This document shows, piece by piece, positions 31,130 to 41,952 of a stretch of 64,000 nt of DNA (its first letter is position 1; each line of letters opens with the position of its first letter). The translations under genes and the position numbers were made by a program. Source of the stretch: Candidatus Bathyarchaeota archaeon (GTDB lineage: Archaea; Thermoproteota; Bathyarchaeia; 40CM-2-53-6); the NCBI GenBank assembly GCA_963733055.1, contig CAVTBR010000001.1, forward strand, positions 1 through 64,000. The letters are read 5' to 3'. The notes under the pieces were generated by a model. It saw only the letters and a list, made by a program, of their open reading frames with translations, was not told where the DNA came from and searched no databases.

Positions 31130-32027
31130 TTTGGCCCTTCTCGGCCATGTCTTTCATGTATTGAAGTATGCTTTTCCAAATGTACCCTTCCTTATGCATT
31201 CTATTCTCGAAATTGTTAACGTTCACGAAATCGCGCAAAGCCTGCTTTGTCTGCTCGTCGTAGTTCCCGTTGACTGAGCCTTTGTAGAACCCTAGGTTCT
31301 TCAGGCTACCCTGCAAGGTTTTCAGGACGTTGCCTGTTATCGCGACTAAGTTGCTTGGGTCTTCGCGAGACAGCATTGTCATGTCGTAGATCTTGAAGAT
31401 TCGTTTCAGTTCGTCGATGGGTTGCGGGGAATCGTCGACTCGTAGGTCCACGTATCTGTCAGTGAACCCTTCGTAACCACCTTTCTCCCTAACCACAAGA
31501 AGTGCTGCTGACTGTTGCCCTCTCCGATCGCCGCCAGCCCTTTGGCCCGCAGAGAGCGCAGCGAGAAGCCTGTCGATGAGGTCGCCCGGGGTTTCTTCGT
31601 ACGCTCGTGCCATCGATTCGACGACATTCTTTCCGGTGAGAATGTTTCCCTGGCAACTGTACCCATCACCGGTCACATGCCCCGCCCAGTCCATACACTC
31701 CTTCCCAGTGTGAACTGCCACTGTGCCTTTGGCATCGACTACAGCTACCTGGCGGCTTTGAGTGGATACATCTTCCGCCAAGAGCCGCCGAAGCACTTCT
31801 GAAGAATCAAGTCCCTGCTCAAGCATCTTGATAGCTTTCGGTCCGTAGGTGACATTTGCGGAGGCTTGTGTTGCAACAGCTCCTATCTTGGCCTTTGCCC
31901 AAGGCACGACCGAGCCGACGGCTATGAATTTAGATTGAACCGCGACGCCCAGATCACCCGTCCTACGATCGAGAGCGACAATCGAGAATGTTGAAGGACC
32001 CAAGGATTTCACCCAAACCTTATTCAT
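31107..32027 (-). CDS. DUF1028 (Ntn-hydrolase-like) protein with C-terminal PG-binding-like domain
   Basis: TFSIVA, GVAVQS, QGNIL, GGDRRGQQSAA, DLRVDD. Confidence 0.85.
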   Translation of the reverse strand: MNKVWVKSLGPSTFSIVALDRRTGDLGVAVQSKFIAVGSVVPWAKAKIGAVATQASANVTYGPKAIKMLEQGLDSSEVLRRLLAEDVSTQSRQVAVVDAKGTVAVHTGKECMDWAGHVTGDGYSCQGNILTGKNVVESMARAYEETPGDLIDRLLAALSAGQRAGGDRRGQQSAALLVVREKGGYEGFTDRYVDLRVDDSPQPIDELKRIFKIYDMTMLSREDPSNLVAITGNVLKTLQGSLKNLGFYKGSVNGNYDEQTKQALRDFVNVNNFENRMHKEGYIWKSILQYMKDMAEKGQTNVSRLA

Positions 32028-32123
32028 CTTAGGTTAAGGATTTGCCCTTCAAATCCCGGGCACGTCCCGGTGCGCATTGATTAGAATGCGGATAGGTCGC
32101 TGACGAATAGGATGGGCTGCCGC

Positions 32124-32375
32124 CTAGGCGCCCTCTTTGACCTCAACGATCTCATCCGCAACGAGCCCGTGCGCCTCTCGATGAACCGCTATAGCGGCTT
32201 CCTTACTTGGAGCATCGACCATGCAGAATGCTTTGCCCGACGACTCATCGAACCAATATTTGAGATACTTCACTCCGTATTTTCCCTGAACTGCAAGATC
32301 CTTCGCATGCGCGGCCATAATCGCTTCAGCCGTAAGCCCACTAATCTTGTAGTGTATGTCCATGTAGAGTGGCAT
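32124..32375 (-). CDS. DUF4242/SCO4226-like small metal-binding protein
   Basis: MDIH, AH.KDL.VQ, FC.VDAP, VH.EAHG. Confidence 0.85.
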   Translation of the reverse strand: MPLYMDIHYKISGLTAEAIMAAHAKDLAVQGKYGVKYLKYWFDESSGKAFCMVDAPSKEAAIAVHREAHGLVADEIVEVKEGA

Positions 32376-32489
32376 TTTTTAGTGTCCTCAGCCACATTGT
32401 GGCGATGCCTGTAGATTTATGTTTTGGCACGCTCAAAGTTTCACTAGATTTTCTCCAAATTGATGAAGAAAGCAGAGGGTTTGAACTAA

Positions 32490-33224
32490 ATGCACGTTGC
32501 TCTCATCCAAGAGTTGCTCAAGGAACCATTGCCCCCTGGGTCAACGCTCCTAGTCGAGTATGATCCAACATCAACCTGGTACCAAGCATCCCTCTGCATG
32601 GCGGCGGAATGGTTGAGAACAGGCGGAGTTGTTAGCTACCATGTTTCCGCACAGCCGCCTCAGAACGTCCGTTCACAGCTCGCACAAATGGGCTTGGATG
32701 TTGAGAAGCTCGAAGCGGAGGAAAAGCTGAGAGTGTTTGATTGGTACACAGCCACCCTGGGCCGTAAGTCAAATGAAAAATACGCCTTCTACTCTTTGAA
32801 GGCAGCAGATCTGAGCGTACTCTTCTCAAAGTACCTGATGGCAAGCCCGGGGGGCGATTTTTCGGTGGACGCGATACCTCCTCAACCCTCACCTGACTGG
32901 TTGAGGATCTTGGATGATATTTCATGTCTTGCGAGGTTCAATGAAGAGAAAAGCTGGGTCGAGTTCGTACGAACAAGAATAATTCCAATTGGATCTCTCT
33001 GGAAGTCTACTGGAATAGGAGGAATTATTCGAGGAATTCATAGCGAATGGGCCTACAAGAGCCTTGAAGCCGCTAGCGATGGTGTGATCGATTTCAAGCT
33101 AGACGAAACGGGCGATGAGGCCAAAAATCTTATTCGGATCAAAAGTATGCGACCTGTCGGTTTCGACTCAAAGTGGCATCCGCTAATGACAAGAGATAAC
33201 TTTGAGGTTGCATTTCAAAGCTAA
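32490..33224 (+). CDS. Degenerate RAD55/KaiC-like ATPase-fold protein
   Basis: LPPGSTLLVEYDP (Walker A lost), SDGVIDF, IRIKSMR. Confidence 0.7.
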   Translation: MHVALIQELLKEPLPPGSTLLVEYDPTSTWYQASLCMAAEWLRTGGVVSYHVSAQPPQNVRSQLAQMGLDVEKLEAEEKLRVFDWYTATLGRKSNEKYAFYSLKAADLSVLFSKYLMASPGGDFSVDAIPPQPSPDWLRILDDISCLARFNEEKSWVEFVRTRIIPIGSLWKSTGIGGIIRGIHSEWAYKSLEAASDGVIDFKLDETGDEAKNLIRIKSMRPVGFDSKWHPLMTRDNFEVAFQS

Positions 33225-33260
33225 GGAGCCATAAGGGGAACAGAAGGGAGGAATCAGTAA

Positions 33261-34637
33261 ATGGACGCAAAGGTAATCGCGGATCTGAGGACCCAAATCA
33301 GGGGTGACGTGATCCCGCCGGGCGATGAGAGGTATGATGGTGCACGCAAAGTCTACAATGCAATGATCGACAAACGACCAGCCATTATCATCCGCTGTGT
33401 CGATGTCGCTGATGTAATCGCCGCCGTAAAGATGGCCAAGACACAGGGCCTCGCTGTCGCAGTTCGCGGTGGAGGGCACAGTGTGCCGGGTTTCGGCACA
33501 GCAGACGATGCCCTTGTCGTGGACCTTAGTCGGATGAAGGGCATTCGCGTGGACCCCGCCTCGAAGACTGCGTGGGCACAGGGTGGATGTACATGGGGAG
33601 ATTTCAACCACGCAACTTACGCGTTTGGCTTGGCCACTACGGGCGGTATTATATCGACTACGGGAATCGCGGGGCTCACGCTTGGTGGAGGCATCGGCTA
33701 TCTGACCCGGGGCGCCGGTTTATCCTTGGATAATCTGGTTTCAGCAGACATTGTTCTGGCGGATGGTTCATTCGTGACTGCGAGTGAGAAATATCATCCG
33801 GACCTCTTTTGGGCGTTGCGGGGTGGTGGAGGGAACTTCGGTGTCGTGACAAGTTTCCAGTACAAATTGCAGCCGATCAAAGACATTGTGGGAGGAGCAA
33901 TGCTCTTCGAGGTCGCGGATGCCCCAAAGGTGATGAGAGCATACGATAAGTACATCACCACTGCTCCTCGGGAACTCGGAGCATTCTTCGCGTGGCAAAT
34001 CGCACCCCCACTTCCCTTCATTCCCGAGAACCGTCATGGTGACACCTTCTGCGCGATCGTGGGGTGCTGGACGGGTCCGCCCGATCAAGCAGCCAAAGCC
34101 TTTGCACCGTTCCGCGACGCAGCCCCCGTTGTAGCGGAGTTCGTTGGACCCATGCCTTACCCCGCTATGAACAGCCTATTTGACGGCCTAGTACCCCCCG
34201 GCCTCCAACACTACTGGAAAGCGGTCTACGTGCGAAACCTCACTGATGGAGCGATCGACGCACACATGAAATTCGGCCCCAAGGTCCCAGTAGTGAACTC
34301 GACCGTGCACATTTACCCCATCAACGGCGCCGTACACGACGTCGCACCTGACGCCACAGCGTTCGGACACCGCGACGCAAAGTATGCCACTGTCATTGCA
34401 GGCATGTGGCCCGACCCGAAAACGAACGATACAAACATCCGCTGGGTCAAAGACTTCTACGCGGCCCTGGCGCCCCACTCCGAACGGGGAGGATACATCA
34501 ACTTCGCAGCTGCCGATGAAGCCGATCGAGTAGGAGCCAACTTCGGAATGAACTTCGATCGACTCCGCGAACTAAAGAAGAAGTACGACCCAGGCAATGT
34601 CTTCCGGATCAACCAAAATGTCGTCCCATCGTCATAA
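33261..34637 (+). CDS. FAD-linked oxidase (BBE/6-hydroxy-D-nicotine oxidase family)
   Basis: RGGGHS, GGGIG, RGGGGNFGVVT, KYDPGNVFRINQN. Confidence 0.9.
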   Translation: MDAKVIADLRTQIRGDVIPPGDERYDGARKVYNAMIDKRPAIIIRCVDVADVIAAVKMAKTQGLAVAVRGGGHSVPGFGTADDALVVDLSRMKGIRVDPASKTAWAQGGCTWGDFNHATYAFGLATTGGIISTTGIAGLTLGGGIGYLTRGAGLSLDNLVSADIVLADGSFVTASEKYHPDLFWALRGGGGNFGVVTSFQYKLQPIKDIVGGAMLFEVADAPKVMRAYDKYITTAPRELGAFFAWQIAPPLPFIPENRHGDTFCAIVGCWTGPPDQAAKAFAPFRDAAPVVAEFVGPMPYPAMNSLFDGLVPPGLQHYWKAVYVRNLTDGAIDAHMKFGPKVPVVNSTVHIYPINGAVHDVAPDATAFGHRDAKYATVIAGMWPDPKTNDTNIRWVKDFYAALAPHSERGGYINFAAADEADRVGANFGMNFDRLRELKKKYDPGNVFRINQNVVPSS

Positions 34638-34917
34638 CTATCGCTTGGTATCAAGCATGTCTGTGACGCGTTCTGTAGTTTGCTGGCGCGCGATTGAATA
34701 AGTCTCTCAGGACAACCCTTGAAATCTGCCAACCGAAAGTTTGAATCAAGCATTCCGTAATTTGCTACCGATCGATGGCGCAGCATTCGCCAAATGGCGA
34801 TGTAAGGAAAATTAGGGTCAATCGGTACTACTTCCGAACCACACTAGGAGACAGCTCGAAATCCATTAAGTTCAGTATCGTAGATTCGTCAAACGCTTTC
34901 TGAGGCATGGTCTGACA

Positions 34918-36345
34918 ATGAAGTACCAGTGGGTCGTCCTTTCAGTGACCTCCGTCGGCATCTTCATGGCCGGCCTCGACACACGAATAGTCTTGATAGG
35001 ACTCCCCACGATCGCAGAGTCACTTCACTCCGACCTCGAGACGCTCCTGTGGATAACTCAGGGCTATCAAATTGCCATAACCATCGGCCTCTTGTTTCTC
35101 GGAAGATTTACCGACATTTTCGGGAGAGTCAAGGTCTACATCGTAGGATTCGCGATCTTCACGCTCGGTTCAGGCCTCTCGTTTATCTCCCAAACAGGTG
35201 AACAGCTAATACTGTTCAGGGTAATTCAAGGATTTGGCGCTGCGGTCCTCATACTTAACAGCGCAGCGCTCATCACGGATGCGACTCCCCCATCGGAACT
35301 TGGGTTCGCTCTAGGAGTTAACCAGATCGCGTTTACAGTCGGAGCGGTTTTGGGGTTAACAGTCGGAGGTATACTTATTGACACGACCGGGTGGAGGGTG
35401 ATATTCGTCTTGAATGTGCCCATAGGTATCTTCGCTACACTTTGGGCGCGGCACCGGCTTCATGAAACCTCGAAGAGAGAGCCGCATTCAGGGTTTGATT
35501 ATCGAGGACTCGGCCTGTTTACAGCTTCCCTCACCCTGCTCCTCCTAGTGATCAGCCTTGACACTATGGACGCAATCGACAGACTCACAGCGGGAGTACT
35601 CTATGTGCTTAGTCTCGTTATGTTCGTACTATTCTATCAGGTTGAGCGACGTACGCCTGAACCGCTTCTTGATTTGCGCCTTTTCAAGTCACGCCTTTTC
35701 TCTGCGGGCAATCTCAGCCAACTCTTGTACTCGTTAGGGTTTGGCGCTCTAAGCCTGATAATGATACTCTATTTCCAGTTGATCCGTGGGTATAATGCCC
35801 TTACTGCTGGAATCCTCTTCCTGCCACTCGACGTAGCCTTCGTCTCGATTGGGCCGATAAGTGGAAGGCTGTCCGATCGGTATGGGACACGTTTCTTTGC
35901 TACGCTTGGAATGGGGATCGGAGCGGTAGCCTATCTGGCTTCCGCATTCTTGTTAACCGCGACGACACCACTTTGGATTGCTGAACTTCTTCTCGTCGTA
36001 ATCGGGCTTGGAATAGGCTTGTTCTCCTCACCAAACATTAGCTCGGTTATGGGCTCTGTCCCTCCCCAACGACGCGGAGTAGCATCTGGGATCAGAGCGA
36101 CGGTTTTCAACACCGGCAACGTGGTGAGCATTGGACTAGTAGCGTACATTATCACAACCGCCATCCCATATCAAGTCGTTTCCGAAATAATCACAGGCGG
36201 CTACACTGCACTAACAGCCACGGAATCCGCAGGTTTCGTCACAGGTATGAGTAGGGCTTTCATCGTGGCCGCAATCATTACCTTCGCAGGCATGTTTGCT
36301 TCAAGTCTACGCGGATCTGAGGGGAAGAATAAAACCAGCCATTAA
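34918..36345 (+). CDS. DHA2-type MFS transporter
   Basis: LDTRIV, D.FGR, WRVIFVLNVPIG, PLLDL.LF. Confidence 0.9.
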   Translation: MKYQWVVLSVTSVGIFMAGLDTRIVLIGLPTIAESLHSDLETLLWITQGYQIAITIGLLFLGRFTDIFGRVKVYIVGFAIFTLGSGLSFISQTGEQLILFRVIQGFGAAVLILNSAALITDATPPSELGFALGVNQIAFTVGAVLGLTVGGILIDTTGWRVIFVLNVPIGIFATLWARHRLHETSKREPHSGFDYRGLGLFTASLTLLLLVISLDTMDAIDRLTAGVLYVLSLVMFVLFYQVERRTPEPLLDLRLFKSRLFSAGNLSQLLYSLGFGALSLIMILYFQLIRGYNALTAGILFLPLDVAFVSIGPISGRLSDRYGTRFFATLGMGIGAVAYLASAFLLTATTPLWIAELLLVVIGLGIGLFSSPNISSVMGSVPPQRRGVASGIRATVFNTGNVVSIGLVAYIITTAIPYQVVSEIITGGYTALTATESAGFVTGMSRAFIVAAIITFAGMFASSLRGSEGKNKTSH

Positions 36346-37604
36346 GGGCGCGTCGAACGCTTTCGAGTTACTGCCACAAAGAACGCCAAAGCGACCGCCC
36401 CCGCGGCAGACGTCACAACAGTATACTGAAACGCAATAGATGAACCCACAGCTGTCCAAAGAAATCCGAAAACCGAATTCGCGACGAAAGAACTCGCGCC
36501 CACCATCATGTAATAGAAGGCGTAAGCAGTTCCCTTTAATTCGTTCTTCGTGAAATCGGGAACTATCGCTCGCTGAACTGTATCCGATATTCCAAGATAG
36601 ATTCCGAATACGCCGGCGATTACGAAACCGTACGACCAATTTCCCACCAAGATAATCCCGACTACAGATGTTACAAGGAAGACGAGATAGCTCAGAAGGA
36701 GAACTGGAATCTTGCCAATCTTGTCCGCGAGGAGGCCTGAAGGGTAGGCGGCTACGACTGACACTGCGTTAATGGTCACATATACGAGTGGTATCTGGCC
36801 GTCCGGGATACCAAGCGATGAGGCCCGAAGAAGTATGAAGGAAAAACTGTAGGCCCCTACCGAGAATATGCCCAGCGCGGCCAGAAGGTAGATGAAACGT
36901 CGGTTCAATACTGCGGAGGCGTTTTCGAAGAAGTGCCTCTGTTTGGTTAAGCCAACGGTTTCTGTTACGAAAAACACGAGGATTACGAGTGAGATTATTG
37001 CTGGAACAAAAGACAGCCAGAATATGCCTCTGAAGCCGATTAGGGGGAACGCGAAGAAGGCAAGTAACGGGCCGAGCACGGCCCCAACTTGATCTAATGA
37101 ACCCTGAAGGCCAAAGGCTTTTCCAGCCTGCGACTTAGCAACCGAATCACTAATTAAAGCATCTCGAGGGGAACTTCGTGCTCCTTTTCCCGCCCGATCG
37201 ATCACTCTGACAATGAAAGCTTGCCCCCAGGAGGTCGTCAAGGCGAATAGCGGTTTCGCGAAAGTAGAGAGCGCATACCCTAACAGCACTAAAGGTTTGC
37301 GTCGTGCGATCCTATCCGTAATTACACCCGTCAGGATTCGGAATGAGTCGTTCACAGCTTCTGCGCTTCCTTCTATGAGGCCGACCAGGGCATACGATGC
37401 TCCAAGTTGGTCGTGAATGAATACGGGAAGAAGGCTCAGAATCATCTCAGTTGAAAGGTCGGTGAAGAGACTTACGTAGCCGAGTCTCACAACGTTCTGG
37501 AATCCCGCTAACTTCTCCTGCTTAGATCCGATACCACGCTTCCTTCCTGTGCCTGCCATATCCGATGACCCTCGCAGAAGATCTTTGTTAGCGTGACTAC
37601 CCAT
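36342..37604 (-). CDS. MFS transporter
   Basis: SLFTDLSTEM, DRAGKGAR..PRDALI. Confidence 0.9.
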   Translation of the reverse strand: MGSHANKDLLRGSSDMAGTGRKRGIGSKQEKLAGFQNVVRLGYVSLFTDLSTEMILSLLPVFIHDQLGASYALVGLIEGSAEAVNDSFRILTGVITDRIARRKPLVLLGYALSTFAKPLFALTTSWGQAFIVRVIDRAGKGARSSPRDALISDSVAKSQAGKAFGLQGSLDQVGAVLGPLLAFFAFPLIGFRGIFWLSFVPAIISLVILVFFVTETVGLTKQRHFFENASAVLNRRFIYLLAALGIFSVGAYSFSFILLRASSLGIPDGQIPLVYVTINAVSVVAAYPSGLLADKIGKIPVLLLSYLVFLVTSVVGIILVGNWSYGFVIAGVFGIYLGISDTVQRAIVPDFTKNELKGTAYAFYYMMVGASSFVANSVFGFLWTAVGSSIAFQYTVVTSAAGAVALAFFVAVTRKRSTRP

Positions 37605-37736
37605 TGAATCTTCGACCCGAGACTTCTAGCTATTTACGGTTAGCGAACAGTCACTATTGACGTAGAAACAACCGTGAAGCCGCTTCGTGTAGTCAAACTC
37701 AAGTGAGCAAGGTTTAAAATAAATCATAACCACGCG

Positions 37737-38222
37737 TTGAACAGACCCAAGTTGTTCGTACATATCAAAGTAAAAGTGGCGCCAAGCTACAGAGTCGCTT
37801 ACTTAGTTCACACCGGTCCGTACACGGGTCAGAACATGTGGAGAGCGGAGTTTAGTCAACTTGTAAAATGGGCAAAGAAAAGAAAGCTTCGCACGGGCAA
37901 GTGGATCATGTATTTCATCGATGAATGGGGAAAACGCCCCGAACGGAAACGCCGTTCAGTAGCCTGCCTTGAGATCAAAGGAAAAGCAAAACCTGAGGGC
38001 AAAATCAAGCTCATGACTTTGCCACGACAGCGCGTGGCCAGCGTTACATTCGACCCAGACAAGTTCTCGGACGACCTTGTTTACCATGGCATTGAAGGCT
38101 GGCTCCAATACCACCCTTACAGACAGGCTGCTCGAAGTAGAGAGGTCTACGTTGACGGCCCGTGGACAAGCCGTCGTGCGTGGGCAAACACCGAAGTACA
38201 AGTTCCCCTAAAGAAGAAGTAG
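37737..38222 (+). CDS. GyrI-like small-molecule-binding protein
   Basis: VAYLVHTGPY, REVY, TEVQVP. Confidence 0.65.
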   Translation: MNRPKLFVHIKVKVAPSYRVAYLVHTGPYTGQNMWRAEFSQLVKWAKKRKLRTGKWIMYFIDEWGKRPERKRRSVACLEIKGKAKPEGKIKLMTLPRQRVASVTFDPDKFSDDLVYHGIEGWLQYHPYRQAARSREVYVDGPWTSRRAWANTEVQVPLKKK

Positions 38223-38274
38223 GAATGACGCGGCCGAAATCCCGTGCCCCAACACTTCTGGGACAGCGGCAAGT

Positions 38275-38631
38275 TTGAAGAAACGCGCGAGGCTCGACAT
38301 CTACCGTGACATACTGGAAGTACTGAAACGTCAACCCGAAGGCGTCCTCATCACTAGACTATCATACGGTGCCGGTCTACCAATCGACCGAGTCAAACCA
38401 ATGCTCGATGGCTTGGCACACTGTGAGCTGGTTGTCGTTCGTGTTAGAGGTGACCCCTTGCAAGCCAGCCTCGTCCAACGTCGATTCTACTACATAACAA
38501 GGAAGGGCCTAGAATTCTTGGAGGCTTATCGCAAAATCCAGGATCTGCTGACCTATTTGGGAACCGAAACAGGGGCCGTCAGGAAAACTCGACCATCCGC
38601 ACCAATTGACTTTGTAGGCATTACAGAATAA
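38275..38631 (+). CDS. Archaeal winged-helix regulator
   Basis: R.RLDIY.DIL, ITRLSY, YYITRKGLEFL. Confidence 0.75.
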   Translation: MKKRARLDIYRDILEVLKRQPEGVLITRLSYGAGLPIDRVKPMLDGLAHCELVVVRVRGDPLQASLVQRRFYYITRKGLEFLEAYRKIQDLLTYLGTETGAVRKTRPSAPIDFVGITE

Positions 38632-38635
38632 ACAT

Positions 38636-39082
38636 GTGACTCCCTTTCGTCTGTCAGCTTATATCGAACTCAGACGACCTGATGGGATGATGAATGTGCG
38701 ATCAAAATTCATCTATACCGGAATTCACGTTTCTAACCTAGAAACGTCAATCACGTTCTACAGAAGAGCGTTGGGAATGAAACTGCTCTTTAAGACGTCG
38801 ATAAAGGAAACTGGTGGACGCGTCGCATGGTTAACCACTAAGGGAACCAAGCAAGTCTTAGAGCTAAACTGGTATCCAAAGAGATACCGGCATGGGGGAA
38901 GATCGGGACTGGACCATTTAGCCTTCGAAGTCAAAGACGCCCGATCCGCATACCGTACCTTAACCAAGAAACGGAAAGGGGCTATGAGCCCATTCGAAGA
39001 AGGCAAGTGGTGCTTGGCTTACATCAGGGACCCGGATGGAAACTGGGTAGAGTTAGGATCACGCCTCAGAAAGAAGAGGTGA
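38636..39082 (+). CDS. VOC/glyoxalase family protein
   Basis: V.NLE.SI.FY...LGM, LEL, DHLAFEV, DPDGNWVEL. Confidence 0.85.
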   Translation: MTPFRLSAYIELRRPDGMMNVRSKFIYTGIHVSNLETSITFYRRALGMKLLFKTSIKETGGRVAWLTTKGTKQVLELNWYPKRYRHGGRSGLDHLAFEVKDARSAYRTLTKKRKGAMSPFEEGKWCLAYIRDPDGNWVELGSRLRKKR

Positions 39083-39090
39083 ATGCTTGT

Positions 39091-39267
39091 CTAGGCGGTT
39101 GTTTGGGTCGCCAAGACATCGAACTCGTCAACTCGTTCGATCTCTGGCTCAGCAAACGGTTCTTCTGGTTCAATGCGTCTTTCGGGGGCAAGCTTTGGAG
39201 TGGACTTTCGGATCTTCCGTCTCGTCTTCTTAGTTTTCCTGACTTTTCCGGCTCTTTTCTTTGGCAA
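39091..39267 (-). CDS. Small 58-aa protein with basic N-half and acidic C-half
   Basis: Manual translation MPKKRAGKVRKTKKTRRKIRKSTPKLAPERRIEPEEPFAEPEIERVDEFDVLATQTTA; TTG start; fills the intergenic gap. Confidence 0.5.
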   Translation of the reverse strand: MPKKRAGKVRKTKKTRRKIRKSTPKLAPERRIEPEEPFAEPEIERVDEFDVLATQTTA

Positions 39268-39331
39268 CTACTCAGCCTCAGGGAATTTCCGGAGGCTGCG
39301 CAGTTAAGGGTGATTCCACTTAGTAGAATCT

Positions 39332-39724
39332 CTAGGACAGGTTCACGGTTATCCAGTAGTCCCCGCCATTGCTTTGGACGGGCATTGTGGACGTACCGGA
39401 TATGGGCCAGTATGCCGGACTGGTCACATAGTAGTAGGTTAGAGGTCCGCTCGCATACCCCGAGGCGCTTGCTGTCAACGCGATCGTGGGAGATTCCGTT
39501 CGAACGGGGATTATGAGCATGCTTCCGTCATAGCTCGTTCCTTGGCCAACGACGCGGCCCGATTGGTCGCTGACTGTGACATGGAGGTTGTAGAGAAAAT
39601 GAAATGGGTAGAAGAAGCTCACATAAACAGTGTACCCAGTGGTGACTCCCTGCCCAGCAACTCCACCCAAGCAAACGCCGATGAGGAGAAGGGATAAGGT
39701 GATCATATAGATGGAACTTCTCAT
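39332..39724 (-). CDS. Putative secreted protein
   Basis: Signal-peptide-like N-terminus, beta-rich body. Confidence 0.6.
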   Translation of the reverse strand: MRSSIYMITLSLLLIGVCLGGVAGQGVTTGYTVYVSFFYPFHFLYNLHVTVSDQSGRVVGQGTSYDGSMLIIPVRTESPTIALTASASGYASGPLTYYYVTSPAYWPISGTSTMPVQSNGGDYWITVNLS

Positions 39725-39916
39725 TAGTCACATCTCCGAAATTTATCTACGCACTCGCGTAATATAGCCTCAATCCAACCAATTCCACATAGTCTCATGC
39801 CTAAAAGATATCGACCGTAAACGCCACACTTCCAGCCGGTAGATCTTGAGCGAAACATCACCGTATCGCGGAAAGAACATTGATATACCGGTAATCCTTC
39901 CACAGCCGCGGAAGCA

Positions 39917-40957
39917 ATGAAAGCAACTCTCACACAACAGCAACTCTTCGCAACGCTATTCGTAACAATCGCAATCCTCGCCCTGACTCCCGCACTGGCG
40001 CATGCAGACCTACAATCGCAACCCCAAACTATCGCCCTCAATACTAGTGGTCAGGCCACGGCAATCGGTAACGGCCTCTCAGGGGCAAGCACCCTCAAGC
40101 TGACTGCTTACGCCAACACGACAGCTAATCACTGGCTCATGATACAAAACGTCACGGGATCCCTCCAAATTGGCTCCACGACCATCCCCATAACCGGCGG
40201 TCAGGGAAGCGTGAAGAACGCGGGAGCGACCGCGATATTCGCTGACACAAACTCCGGCAAAGGTCAACTAATCCTCATTGGGACAATGACCAACAGCACT
40301 GTTACCTTCAACTCACCAGAAAGCCAACTCGCCTCGATGTCATATCTCTCACTTTCCGGTACGGTCAATAAGACCACCGGCAACCTAGGCGCGAATCCTG
40401 GGAATACCAATACGAACTCCACATCGCTGACAACGGGTCTACTAAATAGTACTCTACAAACCAATTCATCAACAACATCATCAGCGGCCCAGCTTCAAAA
40501 CACCACAAGCATACAGCCTGCAAACATGACATCTACAACGAACGCCGCTGTAACTTCGTCCATGACGCTGACTACAATTCCGGTAAACGCGACTCAAACG
40601 GCTAATTCCACATCTGTGTCATCAATCGTTCGGCTTCAGAACACGACAAACGTACAAACTGGAAACATGACATTGACGTCAACGACTGTTGCTAATGTAA
40701 CTTTATCCAACACTCTCAACAATTCTACCAACTTTACTGCCACGGGTTCTACCAATATTCCGCCCAGTGCCGTACGAGCCCCTTCGAACGTCACCATAAC
40801 CGTGACGCAGTACGTTAGCCAGACAGTGTCTGTGACTCAAACGGTTGCTAATGTAACGGTCAGCTATACTGTAACCTCTACGGTAGCCAACATTACTATA
40901 ACCCAAGGGAATGTCACGACGACAACTGGAAACGTAACAACGACGGCCACAACTTAG
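39917..40957 (+). CDS. Secreted Thr/Ser/Asn-rich surface glycoprotein-like protein
   Basis: Signal peptide, many N-x-S/T sequons, repeated ANVT and LQNTT blocks. Confidence 0.7.
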   Translation: MKATLTQQQLFATLFVTIAILALTPALAHADLQSQPQTIALNTSGQATAIGNGLSGASTLKLTAYANTTANHWLMIQNVTGSLQIGSTTIPITGGQGSVKNAGATAIFADTNSGKGQLILIGTMTNSTVTFNSPESQLASMSYLSLSGTVNKTTGNLGANPGNTNTNSTSLTTGLLNSTLQTNSSTTSSAAQLQNTTSIQPANMTSTTNAAVTSSMTLTTIPVNATQTANSTSVSSIVRLQNTTNVQTGNMTLTSTTVANVTLSNTLNNSTNFTATGSTNIPPSAVRAPSNVTITVTQYVSQTVSVTQTVANVTVSYTVTSTVANITITQGNVTTTTGNVTTTATT

Positions 40958-41052
40958 ACAGGGCCTTATGGCCCTTCCACATCTTTTTCGGCAACAACGG
41001 CCTTACTCTGTGAGCCTAGGGCTCTCTGAGCGACGCGTATTCCATACTTTGT

Positions 41053-41520
41053 ATGGACATCGCTCCGGAAATTTGTGGGGCTTTCCATACTCGTAACCAC
41101 CTTTGCGATGACTACAAAATCAATAAATGGTACGGACCCTTCAAGGGCCTCATGGAAGCTGCGTTTCTAGTTCAACCGTGGATTCATACTCGCACGACGA
41201 TGGACTGTTGCAGGCTTTGCTACCAAGCAAGGGAAGGCTCAGGTTTTCTGGAGTGCAAACGTGCTCATTTGGGCGGCTTCAACTCCCTCTTGGCCATGCT
41301 CAGGATGGAGCCTAGACCTGAGTTCGGTGCAGCGATGAAGCATCTGGAGGACGCGAAAGAGACCTGCCTCGCATCTGCGAACCCGGATATGCGTTGCCAT
41401 GAGAAAATGCAGAACGCTCTACAGAGTACTCAGCTTCTTTTCGATCAGATGATTGACGATTACAAGCTCAAGTATTCAATGATGATTACGAACAAACCGT
41501 CGAAAGCGCCCCCGATGTAG
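41053..41520 (+). CDS. Hypothetical Cys/His-rich protein
   Basis: 155-aa ORF with ATG start; no family recognised. Confidence 0.55.
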   Translation: MDIAPEICGAFHTRNHLCDDYKINKWYGPFKGLMEAAFLVQPWIHTRTTMDCCRLCYQAREGSGFLECKRAHLGGFNSLLAMLRMEPRPEFGAAMKHLEDAKETCLASANPDMRCHEKMQNALQSTQLLFDQMIDDYKLKYSMMITNKPSKAPPM

Positions 41521-41670
41521 GCCGAGACTTCGGATTTTGTTAAGTCGGTAAATTTCTCTACTCGAGGACTTGTTGCCGGTAGCATTGTAGGTAACAGCTT
41601 ATCGAGCAAATGCCTCGACAACGAGGTTATTGCGCAATGCGTCCATGAAAATTGGGATGGAAGATTGGGG

Positions 41671-41835
41671 TTACTTTGCTCCGAGTTCGCGTTTCTTCGC
41701 ACGCAAGTTGTGGCCGTGGCACTTTCTGCACCTGTTCGACGCTTCTGGGTTACGCGCGCCACAGTCTCTGCAAACCTTGTAGTGTAACCTGACTTTCTGT
41801 GCGAGTTGCTTCTTTACGACATCAGTGATGGGCAT
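41671..41835 (-). CDS. rpl40e: 50S ribosomal protein L40e
   Basis: Manual translation MPITDVVKKQLAQKVRLHYKVCRDCGARNPEASNRCRKCHGHNLRAKKRELGAK (below the ORF-track length cutoff). Confidence 0.92.
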   Translation of the reverse strand: MPITDVVKKQLAQKVRLHYKVCRDCGARNPEASNRCRKCHGHNLRAKKRELGAK

Positions 41836-41952
41836 TGGTGAACCACTTAGATTAATTCGTCCTCTGAGACGGAAAAGTGCAATATATACCGTGTGTTGCC
41901 AAGGTCACGAGACAATACTTCGATTCCAGTCAGTCGAGAAGAGTTGAGGTGT

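Noticed and set aside
32490-33224. Circadian KaiC
   Set aside because: Single domain without a Walker A motif; it fits the degenerate archaeal RAD55-like families.
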